64,000 nt of DNA from Eledone cirrhosa (Eukaryota): NCBI GenBank assembly GCA_964016885.1, contig OZ024754.1, positions 29,760,001-29,824,000 of the forward strand, written 5' to 3'. Position 1 is the stretch's first letter, and each line of letters opens with the position of its first letter. Under the pieces are notes generated by a model that ran no database searches, was not told where the DNA came from, and saw nothing but the letters and a program-made list of their open reading frames with translations. The position numbers and the translations under genes were made by a program. Of this stretch, positions 42,060 through 56,048 are shown in pieces.

Positions 42060-42420
42060 TACAATGATATTAAATAAATGGAAACTATATTTTTTAAACC
42101 ATATTTATTTTATTATATATATTTCAAAGGTACCAAGACACATTGGTACGCTTTCCAGAATATCCAACCGATAAGGTATAATTTTCATGGGTATGTCTCT
42201 ATTTATAAAACAAACTTTGCATTTTATCTGAGGAAAACATACCAATGTGTCTTGGTACCCTTGAAATATATATAGTAAAATAAATATGCTTTTATAAATA
42301 TAGTTTCCATTTATTTAATATCATTGAATATTTACTCCAGGAACTTGTTGAGTGCTCTAAATCAGTTATAAACATTTATATTTCTTGGACTTCCAATAAA
42401 TTAAATACCCCTTCTACTTA
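42060..42420. mobile_element. Fold-back element (family A), left arm internally deleted; HHR at 42221-42281 (+)
   Basis: ATTTTAT-CTGAGGA-aaacaTACCAA tgtgtc TTGGTAccctt-GAAA-TATATA-TA-GTAAAAT; close to 1441-1920 in opposite orientation. Confidence 0.85.
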
Positions 42421-42561
42421 TATATGATGTGAGAAAAACCACAGACCCTCCATCTCAACTCTACTTTTGAAAAGCAGAAGAACTGCGAAAAGGAACCAAA
42501 TAAATATATATATATTTTTTTTAAATAAGTCTCCAGTTGCATTTTCGATTTCATCTTTTTT

Positions 42562-42639
<78 letters not shown>

Positions 42640-42769
42640 GTGTGTGTAGGAGGTGAGTTTTATTGTAGTACAATAAAGCAATGCAGATATCGGATAAGTA
42701 GCACTCTACAGTTTGTAGGACTGGAGTATAAATAATATAAGATCAAAAGATGGTTAAAAGAGTTCCATG

Positions 42770-42840
42770 TATTTTATTATGCGCATTTCAAAAACAAATA
42801 TCATCATGAGATGACATTTGCGTTTTCGTCAGATAAAATA
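42770..42840 (-). ncRNA. Type I hammerhead ribozyme (family B) joined to the downstream end of a Penelope RT
   Basis: Minus strand: TATTTTAT-CTGACGA-...-GAAA-TGCGCA-TA-ATAAAATA. Confidence 0.8.
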
Positions 42841-42872
42841 GGGAGACATGATATGACGGTTAAAAAAACACT

Positions 42873-44932
42873 AAAACAAGCACGGTTTGTGGTGGATGTC
42901 GTGTATCCGTTCAGTTTGAGTACTTCCAGGAAATGTGTGGTGTGTGTGTCTCGGTCTCTAGCGTCGGTGCATTTGTTCCGGATACGTGCCAGTTCGTTCC
43001 TTATGTATCCGAACTTGGCACCGAGTGGGAGGGCCGATCTGAAATGTACGAACAGGTCCCTGCTGGCGGCTTTTTTATAGAAGCAGGTGTGGATTTTGCC
43101 TTCCTCTGTTACCCTGAGTTAGAAGTCCAGTAGGGATAGGGATCCGCGGTCATCGGGGTGTTCCATGCTGAACTTTATACTGGCGTCCATGCTGGAGAAT
43201 GTTGTGTATATTTTATCTGCCTCCTCACAGGATGATGTAAGGATGAGTATGTCATCTACATATCGGGTGAAGAAGGCATGGGAATGCAGGTGTTGAGGGC
43301 TTGGCATTCTAGCTGGTTCATATAGGTGATGGCCTGCAGGCCCGATAGGCTGGATCCCATGGGTAATCCTGTTGTCTGTCTGTATGTGTAGTGGTGGAAG
43401 GTGAAGTACGTGTTGTCTACTGTGAAGGACAAAAGCTGGTGTATGTCCGTCGGGTGGAGGCCGTAGCAATGGATGTCCTCTGCGACCACGCAGTCCGTCA
43501 ATAAATCGACAGCTGGATGAGCGGGGACTGTAGTGTAGAGGGAGACAACGTCGAGGCTAAAAGCGTATTTATTTAGTTTAAGTTGTTCTGGCTGGAGTTG
43601 GTGTAGTCTACGTATAACTTCGTCGGAGCTACTGACATGCCCGGGAAAGGTGGAGAGTAGAGGCTTGAGGACCTGGGAGAGGAGCCAGGAAATTTTGTAT
43701 AGGGGTCCTTCTATGCTAGAGACGATGGGTCTTATTTGCGTCTTAGTACTATTCTTGTGAGTCTTGATGAGGTGGTAGAAAGTGGGCAGTCTGCTATTTC
43801 TAGTGGTGTAGTTGAGCTTAACTTTATATGGGAGTTGTCTTCTACAGATATCGAACCAGATGGAGTTGGTCTGTTTTTCGATCTGGGCTGCAGTCATGTC
43901 CGGGATCTCTGTGTATAATTCATTGTCGCTTAGGTGTTCAAAGGCTAGGTTATTGTATGTGGCTTGAGAGATGACGCAAAACTCTTTACCTTTGTCGGAT
44001 GGTAAGTACATAAGTTCCCTATTCCGTAGGTTCTTCAGGGCGAGTTGTTGTGTCCTGGAGAGGTTTGGGGCTATCTTCTTCTGTTTCCGTAAGATGTTAA
44101 ATACGGAATGTTTTAGCCTCGAGAGTTTTTCTTCAAGCTCGCGGTTGGCAGGCGGTGGACAGAGTGGGCGATCCAGTTGGTATATCGGGAATCTGGGTTT
44201 GATAGATTCCGTGGTGTTGTTGTCGAGAGTCGATATCCATTTTAGTTGGTAGGCAGCCCGACAGAAATTCGTTTCTATATCGAGACATAATTTGTCGTCC
44301 ACTCTCTGTTTCAATATGAACTTGGGACCCAGGCTGAGGAGGTCTAATTCTTCTCGGGAGAGGGATCCTGTCAAGTCTGTGACGAGGTGTTTTGCGTCAG
44401 GTGTGTTGTTGGTCGGGGCGCCGCTAGGTTCGGTGTTGGTACCGTCTTGTTCGCCTCTGTTGGTGTTTAGAGTTGGGATGTTGTTAAGACAGTTGGCCGT
44501 CCTGAGTTTGAGAAATGTTTCCGTTAGACGTATTTTCTCGTAGTCTCGGCGATGGTGGTATGACCTGTCTATAGTGGCGGAGATGACTCTGGACAGAGGT
44601 TCTGGGGTTTCAGCGAGTTGTGGTACAAGGCTGGAAATAGTCCGTATGTGATGTTGTAGCGTGCGGTGTAGGTGTTGTATGAGTTTTCTTAGGCAGAATT
44701 TTTGTATGTAACTAAGTGATCGTTTGAGGCCTGGTGATTTGAAGCATGTTGGTAGGTGCAAATTTTTGATAGTTTTGGGGATGATGTTGTTATTCAGGCA
44801 TCGTTTTAGGAAGTTTATTTGGCAGCCGGCTTTGGCGCGCTTTTCAGATAGCTGGAAGAGTTTCTTTACAGTTGTGAACTGGGCCTGGCTCAGGCGTAAG
44901 GAAAGGAGGAGGTTATAGTTCACTTGAAGCAT
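42873..44932 (-). pseudogene. Penelope-type reverse transcriptase (frameshift near 43280, stop near 43119, truncated in the thumb)
   Basis: Motifs LSLGPKF, PSDKG, LPTFYHLIKTHK, RPIVS, SLDVVSLYT, YRQTTGLPMGSSLS, RYVDDI (shifted frame), SLLD. Likely ATG at 44932. Confidence 0.92.
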
Positions 44933-45065
44933 TGTGTAATGAGGTATAAACGTTTGAATATGTATAATAAAGCCAAAACAATACAGGTATGGACATAGAA
45001 AAAAGAATGCAATTGCAAAAGATATTGTTGACAATTCGTCTTTTACCTTAGATTTATTTAAATGT

Positions 45066-45100
45066 CCTTAATTTTCGAGATAATATCTCTTCTTCAGAGG
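45066..45100 (-). ncRNA. Minimal hammerhead ribozyme in the Penelope 5' pLTR
   Basis: Inverted copy of 45238-45272, in sense with the ORF. Confidence 0.65.
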
Positions 45101-45237
45101 GAAATATCCACCTTCAGAGGGAAATATCCACCTAATTTTAACTCTTTGACATTAGAGATAGAACAGATACTCTATACCATTTCCTGTCAGCATGGCTTGG
45201 CAAGCTATTTAGAACGCTGGTCTAAGGTGGATATTTC

Positions 45238-45272
45238 CCTCTGAAGAAGAGATATTATCTCGAAAATTAAGG
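45238..45272 (+). ncRNA. Minimal hammerhead ribozyme in the inverted pLTR
   Basis: CCT-CTGAAGA-a GAGATA t TATCTC-GAAA-AT-TA-AGG, with an AATT palindrome. Confidence 0.65.
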
Positions 45273-45428
45273 ACATTTAAATAAATCTAAGGTAAAAGAC
45301 GAATTGTCAACAATATCTTTTGCAATTGCATTCTTTTTTCTATGTCCATACCTGCATTGTTTTGGCTTTATTATACATATTCAAACGTTTATACCTCATT
45401 ACACAATGCTTCAAGTGAACTATAACCT

Positions 45429-45470
<42 letters not shown>

Positions 45471-45473
<3 letters not shown>

Positions 45474-46006
45474 AAGCTTGTAATATGATATAAATACTTT
45501 AAGCATTATACATTCAATGTAGAATATTATTAGTGTTTGAGTCTGTATGTGTGTCTGTGTATGTGTGTATATATATATGTGTGTGTATAAGTATATGTGA
45601 GTGTGTGTTTCTGTGTACGTGTATATATATATGTATATAAATATTTGTGTGTGTGTGTGTGATTACAAGAATTCTAGTTAGCCACAAAATAGGAACTTTA
45701 CAAATAGGAGAAAAGAAAATGACACGCTTTAAAGACAATTTTAAATAACTCTAAATTATTACCTTATTAGCTTACAGTAATGTTTCATTAGGTTGGCTTC
45801 AATGGAATGACCATTTAACTAACATTTAATTAGAATTAACAAATGAACCTCTCGGACTTAACGAACTTAGCCTGTACCAATTAACTATGAGCAATAGATT
45901 GGTTAGGAGTGTCTCTTCACTTTGAAATTACGTGCTCTCCTGTTCAGTTGAACTGCGTTGAAACTCGGGCAGTAAACCTAGGCGAAAAAGCTCGAAGTAA
46001 ACAGCT

Positions 46007-46044
<38 letters not shown>

Positions 46045-46580
46045 AGCTGTTTACTTCGAGCTTTTTCGCCTAGGTTTACTGCCCGAGTTTCAACGCAGTT
46101 CAACTGAACAGGAGAGCACGTAATTTCAAAGTGAAGAGACACTTCTAACCAATCTATTGCTCATAGTTAATTGGTACAGGCTAAGTTCGTTAAGTCCGAG
46201 AGGTTCATTTGTTAATTCTAATTAAATGTTAGTTAAATGGTCATTCCATTGAAGCCAACCTAATGAAACATTACTGTAAGCTAATAAGGTAATAATTTAG
46301 AGTTATTTAAAATTGTCTTTAAAGCGTGTCATTTTCTTTTCTTCTATTTGTAAAGTTCCTATTTTGTGGCTAACTAGAATTCTTGTGATCACACACACAC
46401 ACAAATATTTATATACATATATATATATACACGTACACAGAAACATACATTCACATATACTTATACACACGCATATATATATACACACATACACAGACAG
46501 ACATACAGACTCAAACACTAATAATATTCTAAATTGAATGTATAATACTTCAAGTATTTATATCATATTACAAGTTTTCA
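45471..46580. repeat. Palindrome of about 1.1 kb centred on a (TA)n tract
   Basis: Arms at 45471-46009 and 46042-46580 are reverse complements; the centre 46010-46041 is (AT)n. Confidence 0.95.
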
Positions 46581-46659
46581 TAAACAACCATTAGCTACCG
46601 TTTCGTTTGTGAGACAGAAGATAGAAGGTACAGGTAGTGTTAGGGACACAGAGAGCGAA

Positions 46660-46712
<53 letters not shown>

Positions 46713-46742
46713 CAGAGGGACAGAGAAAGAGAGAGACAGAAG

Positions 46743-46775
<33 letters not shown>

Positions 46776-47559
46776 CAAGAGGGACAGAGAAAGAGAGAGA
46801 CAGAAGGCGACAGAGAGAGAGAGAGCAAGAGGGACAGAGAAAGAGAGAGGGACAGAGAGAAATAGAAAGAGAGAGAACCACATTAAGAGTTGGATCTATT
46901 TGAAGAGAGGCGGTTTTTTTTTTTGGTTTTTCTTTTAGTGAATGTTGTTAAATTTTATTACCAGTAGATATGAAAGGAAAGTAAGTTTCTAATATCAAAG
47001 CCAATATTTAGTGAAGAGAAATAATCCATCGCAGCTTTCTAGTTGAAAACATCTCTAACTAATATCTAACTAATGTAAATTATAGGTGACTCTGGCATAT
47101 GTATTCTGTTCAATGACTTGATTGCTGGTATACGGTTTTAGAAATGAAAGGCAACATTAATGAAGCTGAAATAAAATAACATTATATTTTACAATATGAC
47201 AGTCCACAAAATTCATACATACGAATGAGATGTTCCCATTTACATACAGAGCTACAACAATTAGCTTCTTCTTCTGCACACATTCATTCTTGGTATGTGG
47301 GGGGGGGGCAAAGGGATCAGAGCAATCAAACACGACTTGCAGCGGACTTTATCAAATGGAAATGTTTCCAATTTATCTGGCTAGATCCTCAAGCGAGAGC
47401 AACCGGGCTCATGGATGTTATCTAACCATATCCGAGTCTCCTGTCGGGAGGGGTTTTCCCGTAATCATTTTACTTAGAAATGCTAACCACATGTCTATAG
47501 TTTTAGAGGTCTGATCTCTCGATTCGGAGATGTAGCGGGTCTGCCTAACGAGTAATGGT

Positions 47560-47857
<298 letters not shown>

Positions 47858-47939
47858 TGCTCTACGGTTCTTATATATTTGATATATATTTATCCTTATC
47901 GAGCCCTCTTTGGATTTTAGTCTTCAAATTTATTATTAT

Positions 47940-47975
<36 letters not shown>

Positions 47976-48035
47976 CAAGCTTTCGAAAGAAAACATGTAA
48001 AGAATATTGATCAAGGCGTTTAGGTAAACAAAGAA

Positions 48036-48131
48036 TAATTGTTTCAACTTTTGGCACAAGGCCACCAATTATCCCAGTGCATTACTGGTACTTTATTTTA
48101 TAGACCCTGTAAGGATGAAAGACAAAGTTAA
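48036..48131 (-). mobile_element. SINE family 1 (3' part)
   Basis: Matches the reverse complement of the 18299-18482 body. Confidence 0.75.
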
Positions 48132-48657
48132 TGTATTAATATAAGAATTAAAGGTGAAGTTGCACAGTAGAGAGGCATATTGTTATTAAGTAGGGTGTGC
48201 AGAGTTGAAATAGTGAATATTTAGAACGATAATATTTTGAATTAGGTGTAAAACTGAACATTCAAAGGTACCACTTAAATTGATCAACATATTATACTCA
48301 CACCGAATTATAGAGGAGAAAAACTATTAAGGTCATTTTCCGTATTCCGTGACAAGTCGTTATATTGTAACCGGTGTAAACCAACTATGTTAAGGGCGGT
48401 GTTTCTTTTTGGAAGAGAACAGTGAAATAATTCTCTCCGTGCAGTAAAATCTGTTGAATTAAAGATAGATTTGGAATAGCAGCCTTGGTTTTCATTTTGT
48501 ATTAATTATTTATGTTCTGAAGGTTTCCCTGTCATCAACTACTTGTATCTTAACCCATTGGAGTACACCTTTGACTTGGATTCCTGCATACTGTCGACTT
48601 TAATAACGCATTGAGCTTGACACAACTTACCAAGACTAAAAGTGGATTATTTCACTC

Positions 48658-48730
<73 letters not shown>

Positions 48731-48734
<4 letters not shown>

Positions 48735-49235
48735 CAAGACCTGTATGCGGAGTCAATATGTCAATATTGCCAGTAACTACTGAATCTCCTACTTCCTCTC
48801 TATGATTATACACCTCATAACTAAAATGACCCCAGATATAAGTGACAGTACCGAGGAACTCCTCAGTAGAAACAATAAATTCAACAACAAGGAAAACTTA
48901 ACAAACTGCATAATAGGCAGTATGGATGTAGTATCCTTGTACCCATCCTTTGACATTGATTTTACTGTGGAAAAATGTGTGGAAATAATCAGAGAGTGAG
49001 GTAGAGTTCTGCGACGTTGACACAGATGAACTGGGCCTCCTACTTAGACTTACTTATGACACTGAATACTTAAATAATTATGGCCTTAGCATTTTCACCC
49101 AGTAGACCTATAAGAGGTAGAACCCCCCGTCCCCCACCATAACCTCAATGGCTAAAAAGACTCCCATAAGAAGATGGAATGGATGGACGAATGCCATACG
49201 GACACCCCAAAACAATGATCAGGTGAGAAAAATAT
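48731..49235 (+). pseudogene. PLE reverse transcriptase fragment, Naiad-like
   Basis: TRPVCG...DSTEELLS...IIGSMDVVSLYPSFDIDFTVEKCVEIIRE..VEFCDVDTDELGLLLRL, with frameshifts; begins right after (TA)n. The clade is a recalled resemblance. Confidence 0.7.
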
Positions 49236-49916
49236 TAAAATGTTAAAATGTTAAAATTCTTTAGTTGCTTGTATTATCGGTAAATATCATTCACCTCCAG
49301 ATTCCATTAGATATGGCATTAAATCTAACTTACTTCGTATCTCTTACATTTAAAAGCCATCTTTTAATGTTTACACTTTTGAATATGAAAACCTTATTGG
49401 TGGATATTAATGGATGTACGAAAATTCTGGGTAGAAATGGGAAGCAGTAAAGTAGATGGCGCATGAAATAATTCTTGTTTAAGGAAAGGAGTAGATCGTC
49501 ACATCGGTCCAAGAAAACTACATTTCCATTGCTGTTATTACTTGCTGGTAGAAACACTTGGCAGGGGGAAGTGAGATTTCAATTAAGAACTCAGAAAGCT
49601 GGATCAGATACTGTAAAACATATTGTCCGATTATTTAACAATCCCGCCAATCCAAAGTCTCTCAACTGGTACTTTATATATCGTCACCGAAAGGATGAAA
49701 GCTAAAGTCGACCTAGGCAGAAATTGAACGCAGAATGCAGAAATCCGGAATATTGACTTCGACATGCTAACGACTCTGCCAATTTACCACTGTTGTTTAA
49801 ACTCTAAAATTGTGGAATGTTTTGGAACCTTAAATATTTGATTCTCAAGATCAGTAGAGGGTTACAGAAAAATACTGGGTTACCTTATGCACCAACTTCC
49901 TAGCTTCTCAAGGACG

Positions 49917-50175
49917 TGTGGGAATAATGCAAATCCTATGTGCATTATATCTAAAAATACGATAGGCTGGTCACAGATGTAAAAGCTCTGGTTATAATTC
50001 TGCTTATTCATGACTTGGCAAGGGTTAACCAACAACAAACAACATAATGTGTGGGGATAATGCAAATCCAACTTACATTATATCTAAAAATAAGACAGGC
50101 TGGTCACAGATGTAAAACCTCTGGCTATAACTCTACAAAGCTAGGATTTACGAACAACAAAACAACATAATAGTG
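49917..50175. repeat. Tandem duplication of about 133 bp
   Basis: GTGGG(A/G)ATAATGCAAATCC...AGGCTGGTCACAGATGTAAAA...AACAACATAAT occurs twice. Confidence 0.8.
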
Positions 50176-51290
50176 TTCACAAAACCTCCTGACATATTTA
50201 GAGATATGGTAATGTACTTTAATCTCTCTCTCATCATCGGTAGCCGTTAATGGTTGACTCAAAGATTGTCTTGAAAGAGTCGATCTATCAAGACATTCCT
50301 GCCGTGATCATCTTGTTATTTGCTTCATGCATAGTATATCTTCTCACTCATTATCTAATGTTCTTTTCTTTTTTATAATGAACTATGGTTCTTGTATGAG
50401 TTTGCTGCTATTTCTTGCACGATGAGTACTCATAAACAGTTCCCTCGACGGCTTGTTTCACTCAACGGTTTCAATGATTTTATAAAGTCATTTGATATGG
50501 AAAGTTCCTTCTCCATGTTGAATACTAAATGATTTACTGGTTTGATGTTCTCTCCCCAATGAGGTGGTGTCATGGACAGCGTTCGATGACAAAATGACGA
50601 CTTAAGACAACCAATCCCTGGAGAGAGAGATGTAACGTCATTTACTCATATCGTGGTTACAACAAAATTGTCTATAATTGCACGAAACGATATTATCTAG
50701 AGATATTAATGCACCAGATTTGTCCACAAACCTCTCCTATTTCTATGTAACACGAGAATGGACATTCTCTGATCTTACATAGAAAAATCTATTAATTAAT
50801 AAATCGCCTTATTAAAATGCTGTACAAAACCAGCAACTCGCCACAGTCTGTTCGTTTTATCTACTAGAAATAACAGCTAACTCTCCCCTGAAAAGCACAA
50901 GAGAAAGGTAAATTTAGATAATGTAAAATGGAGGGAGCCAATCATCCGGTTGGACCAAGGAAACAATGTTTCCATTGTTCTTTCCATTGTTGATACAATA
51001 TGGCGAGATTGGAATTCAGAACTCGCAGACAGACCGGAAACTGTAAAGCATCTTCACCGACTGTAACAATTCTGCTAACTTACTGTACTTGTATTCGTAC
51101 TTTCTTTATCGACTCTGAAACTATGAAATTGCAATGTTGACCTCGGCACGGTTGGAAATCAGAATGCTGAGAGCTTCAACAAATACCGATGATTTAAGAA
51201 CTCTGCCAACTCGTCCCTAAAATGTTGCTATTTCTACATAACTCCAAAACTAAGATTCTCTGCTCTTACATAAAAAATTAATAACGCTTA

Positions 51291-51492
51291 TACAAGGGTA
51301 GACTAAAAGGTTCATAGGTTGACTATAGGGGATGTGATGCTAGTGCTATGAAATCTTGCGTGAATTAATTTCAACTCTTCTTATTAATATCTGCATTTTT
51401 CTTTCCAGGGAGTATGTTGAAAAATGAACCCCATTTGGTCATTCCATGACAGTATCTTGGTCTGTTGATGAACTTTTCAGCCGAACCCCGTA
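51291..51492. mobile_element. Mariner-type MITE
   Basis: TA|CAAGGGTAGACTAAAAGGTTCATAGG ... ATGAACTTTTCAGCCGAACCCCG|TA. Confidence 0.7.
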
Positions 51493-51713
51493 AGTAGTAA
51501 AAAATCACAATGAACTCCCTAGCTGTTTGTTGACTTACTTGAAATAGATCCCAATTCCTCCTCCACGGGAGAAATTATATATTAGATGATATAGTTAAGA
51601 ATGAATTAATATTTATTGCAATATTGTATTGCTGGGGTAACATTGGAAATTATATAATTTTTGTTATATGCGTATGTGTGTTTGTTTGTTAGTGTGTGTG
51701 TGAGTGTGTGTGA

Positions 51714-51805
<92 letters not shown>

Positions 51806-52237
51806 CTGTGTGACTGTGTGTGCGCGCGTGTGTGTTAATGGAGGCTTTTTGCGATGACTCACCTCCGAGATGAAACTGGCTTGTATCAAACTAGAAAAAA
51901 ATAATTACTGGTTGCGAAGGATGTGAAAGAGTAAATAAATATTTAAAATGATGGACTTTCTATAAATATTTTTCAGAAAATTAAACTTACGCAGTCATCT
52001 TCAAATACATTGAAGTCTTTTAAAAGAACACAGCTCAATAGCAAGTAAATTACTCTAACTGTTTTAATATTCTTTTTCATTCATAAATAAACATAATCTA
52101 CGAATTGAATAAAGTAAAATAGCATATAATGTAACAATATAGAACGGAATGGAACTCTCAAAGCAGGAGAACACAAATAGTTGTGCCTGTTTCAAGATCT
52201 GAAGTTTCAGTAACAGTTAATTGCCCCTCAACACAAT

Positions 52238-52317
<80 letters not shown>

Positions 52318-52741
52318 ATGTATATATATATATATATGTATATATGTATATATATATATGTGTGGTGTGTGTGTATATATATGTATATATACGTATGTAT
52401 GTATATATATGTATATATATATTCTCGAACACACACACAATCACACAAACACATATATGAATATATATAGAGAGAGATACTTAAATAGATAGATAAATAG
52501 TTAGGTAGATAAATAAATAAATAGATAGAGAGATAGCTAGATAATAGATAGATAGATAGGTAGAAATAAACATCTTTGAAGAGGTCTTGAACAACAAAGT
52601 TTTTACTGAATAGGCTATCTTCTTCATAATTGTTTTTTACTTAAGAAAGTGACTCAGTTTCTTTACAGGAAAATGTCTTACATTGTCTCATAATATAATA
52701 GACACAGAAATAACCCTTTCAAAACACTCACACTAATGGCA

Positions 52742-52780
<39 letters not shown>

Positions 52781-52900
52781 GTTACATATATATATATATA
52801 TACATATGTATATACACATATGTATATACACATATCTATATATATATGTATACACACACACACATATATATATATCATATATATATATATATATATATAT

Positions 52901-53010
<110 letters not shown>

Positions 53011-53113
53011 CATATACATATACTGCCATTAGAGTGAGTGTGTTGCTGTTGGTGGCTTCTTTAATTGTGCGCCCTATATATGTATGGATGTGTGTGTATG
53101 TGTGTATGTGTTT

Positions 53114-53150
<37 letters not shown>

Positions 53151-53904
53151 CTGGTATGTGAGCGCGTACGGGCATATGTATACATGCAACCTAGTGTATA
53201 TTTATACTCAGTGTACTTAGGGAGAGGATGGGATCAAGGAATATGTTTAGAGATATGTGTCTTTGTGATTTTATGAGTATATTGCAGTGTATATACTTAT
53301 GTTCGTATATTATATGTATGTGTGTGTATGTATATTGTGTAATATGTCTAGTTGTCAAAGGCTCTAATGGCCGACTTGTCTTTGAAAGAATAACACTATT
53401 TCAAAAACGTCTTCTTTGTATTCTTTCGTTATAATGTTTACAAAAATGTATTGTTAAGAAAACGATTTATTTCTGAATGGCGGCCATTATTCAATGGAGT
53501 GTAATGTCGAATAACATTGATCTATTGATGATATAACTCGGTGTAAAACAACAGTTCCTAATCTGGGTATTGCAGATACCTGTGACTCAACAAAGGAAGT
53601 ATAGGGGACCCGTAAATATTGTACTGGTTGTCTTCCAGCTGAGTTCAAAATTTCAAATGCATTGTTGAATATATAATATACGCACACACTGGCTACCCAT
53701 TCCTCTTTAATTATAAACATTTCCTGTTGTTGATTCTTATTCTCACTTTGAAACAATTTCAAGTACTATCGTATAAACATAATATATACACATTATTGAA
53801 CATCTCTTCGTCTCTATTGATTGGTGTTACCAGTATGTATCAATTTGAAGTACTTCCTTAGAAACATAGTATACACACACTATTAGTTATTCATTATTTT
53901 CTGT

Positions 53905-54008
53905 CCCGCCGAGGTTAACTTTACCTTTCATCCTTACGGGGTCGATAAAATAAAGTACCAGTAATGTACTGGATAATTGCTGGCCTTGTGCCTAAAGTAG
54001 AAACAATT
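53905..54008 (+). mobile_element. SINE family 1 (3' part)
   Basis: Matches the 18299-18482 body. Confidence 0.85.
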
Positions 54009-55322
54009 ATTTTCTAGGCATAAACATGTTTCTCTTTTGATCTCACTGTATAACAATATGGAAGTTAATTAATTGTAGCATCATCAGTCTGTTTAAATAA
54101 AAAAGGTTCTTTGTTGAGGAAATGGTTGGAGATGACTTGTAAAACAGTAATAACAAAGTTGAATAAGATGTGGAGTCATTCATCCTTTTATGGTCTTCAA
54201 ACATGATTTGAAATCACCTTGTGTTGATTTTCTGTTATGTGTGGTGATCAATATTATGTTATGGCATTCAATGGAATGGAATATACCTCCGTCGGTTTCT
54301 ACGATGAGTGGTTCAATTGTTCAATCAACGAAACAATTTACTTATGAAATTAACTTGTCAGGTGAACCTTTAACATAATTCTCATGAAGATTCTTCATGG
54401 CTCAGTGTGTGACACAACTGGCCCATTCAATTACAAAGTACAGCCTATTTTATATCAAGTGGCTGAGTATTCCACAGACGCACATAACTTTAAGGTAATT
54501 CTCAGGGAGATTCAGCGTAACACTGTGTGACACGGCTGACACATTGTGCTTAAATTTGACACGAATATTATTACTAAGATTTTACTATACGTATTTTATG
54601 ATTGAGGATATTTTGCTAAAGTGGACACTAATGAATACTGCCTCTGTCGAAATATTGCATCATTAAATGATCCATTACATTTCCTTCCTTCAGTGGATAT
54701 TAGCAAAAATATTGACTGTTTTTAGTTACATTTTATTTTGTTACGTTTCAAATTATTTGATTTAATTAAGATTACACTTCATTATAATTAAAATCTGAAA
54801 AAAGATATTGTAATTATAAAATTTAATGGAGCATGGAGAAACCAGATAGAGTTTACTCTCGTTAATCAATGGATAGAATATGTCCGACTAACTAAAGGAG
54901 GGTTGTGTCGTTCTCTCCTATAAGGTAGGATTGCTACTGAATCTATATATAAATTTCTGTGGTTCTGTCACAACACGTAAAAAGAGGGGAGTAGTTTGAC
55001 CTCTCATACTACTCCTCTCTCTTTACATCTGATGCCTGCGTGAATGTATGTGTGTGTAAAAGGAAGGCTGTGGGTGGTGAAAAGACTATAACAGTATAGC
55101 GGCTGGCGTTTCATCTGTTATGCCGTGTGTGTGTGTTTGTATGAATGTGTGTGTTTGTATGAATGTATGTCTGAGTGTGTATTTATGTAAGTGTGTCTGT
55201 GTTTGTACGTTTATATTTATATACTCATATATATAAATGTATGCAATATGCACATATACACACGTACACAGATATACACATACGCGTCAGCGTGTTGAAA
55301 ATCTCCTAGTTATTAAAACAAC

Positions 55323-55697
55323 CTAACACATGTAACGATACACAATTTTGTAATAAAGTAAATATGCTCTTGAAAGAAGGTTAGTAGGTGGTAAATATAT
55401 ATTTGTTATAATAACACTGTTATTTAGCCAAATGTCGGTCCTGATTAAACAATCATATGTCGGTTGAGCTGTGACCATGTAATTTTTATAATGTATATTT
55501 GTTTCTACATTCCGTATTAAGTCCTTTATCTCATATTTGTAATAATCGGCGTTAATATACTCATATATATGTACATTTTCTATATAATTATTATATACCG
55601 TATTATTTAAAGCATTACTGAATGAGCACTCAGTATTGGTGGGTAGAGTGTTAAAGTATATTTTCTTAGTGGAAAAGTGGCAGCATAGACATTTCAT
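55323..55697 (-). pseudogene. 124-aa ORF, possibly a decayed LINE apurinic-endonuclease fragment
   Basis: LIRN...NIHY and IITNIYLPP resemble APE-domain motifs; weak. Confidence 0.3.
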
Positions 55698-55849
55698 TTG
55701 ACTGCATCCAATGATTTATATAGCTTTATGAAGGCCAGGGTTATTGTAGGACGATTAAAGAATGTATTTGTTTGTGATGGTTTGACATATGCGTGTTTGT
55801 GTGTTTATGTTAATATGTTTGATGGCTGATTAGTCGAACTTGGGCGTTT

Positions 55850-56048
55850 TGTGTGTGGCTGTTTAGGTATTACTAATTAGAGCGTCGGGCTTACAATCGT
55901 GTATTTGTGAGTTTGATTCCAGGACTGGGCTCTGTTGTGTTCTTGAACAAGACACTTTATTTCACCTTGCTCCGGTTCACTCAGCTGTAGAAATGAGTTG
56001 TGACATCACTCGTGTTAAGCTGTATCGGCCTTTCCTTTTCCCTTGGGC
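55850..56048 (+). mobile_element. SINE family 2-related (different 3' tail)
   Basis: GAGTTTGATTCCAGGAC...TGTTCTTGAACAAGACACTTTATTTCAC...CACTCAGCTGTAGAAATG. Confidence 0.7.

Larger units (their letters stand above)
42873..45431 (-). mobile_element. Penelope/Poseidon-type retroelement with an inverted 5' pseudo-LTR, lacking the endonuclease
   Basis: RT ORF plus an inverted repeat at 44908-45133 / 45225-45431 that includes the ORF start (MLQVNYNLL). Abuts (TA)n at 45432. Confidence 0.9.
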
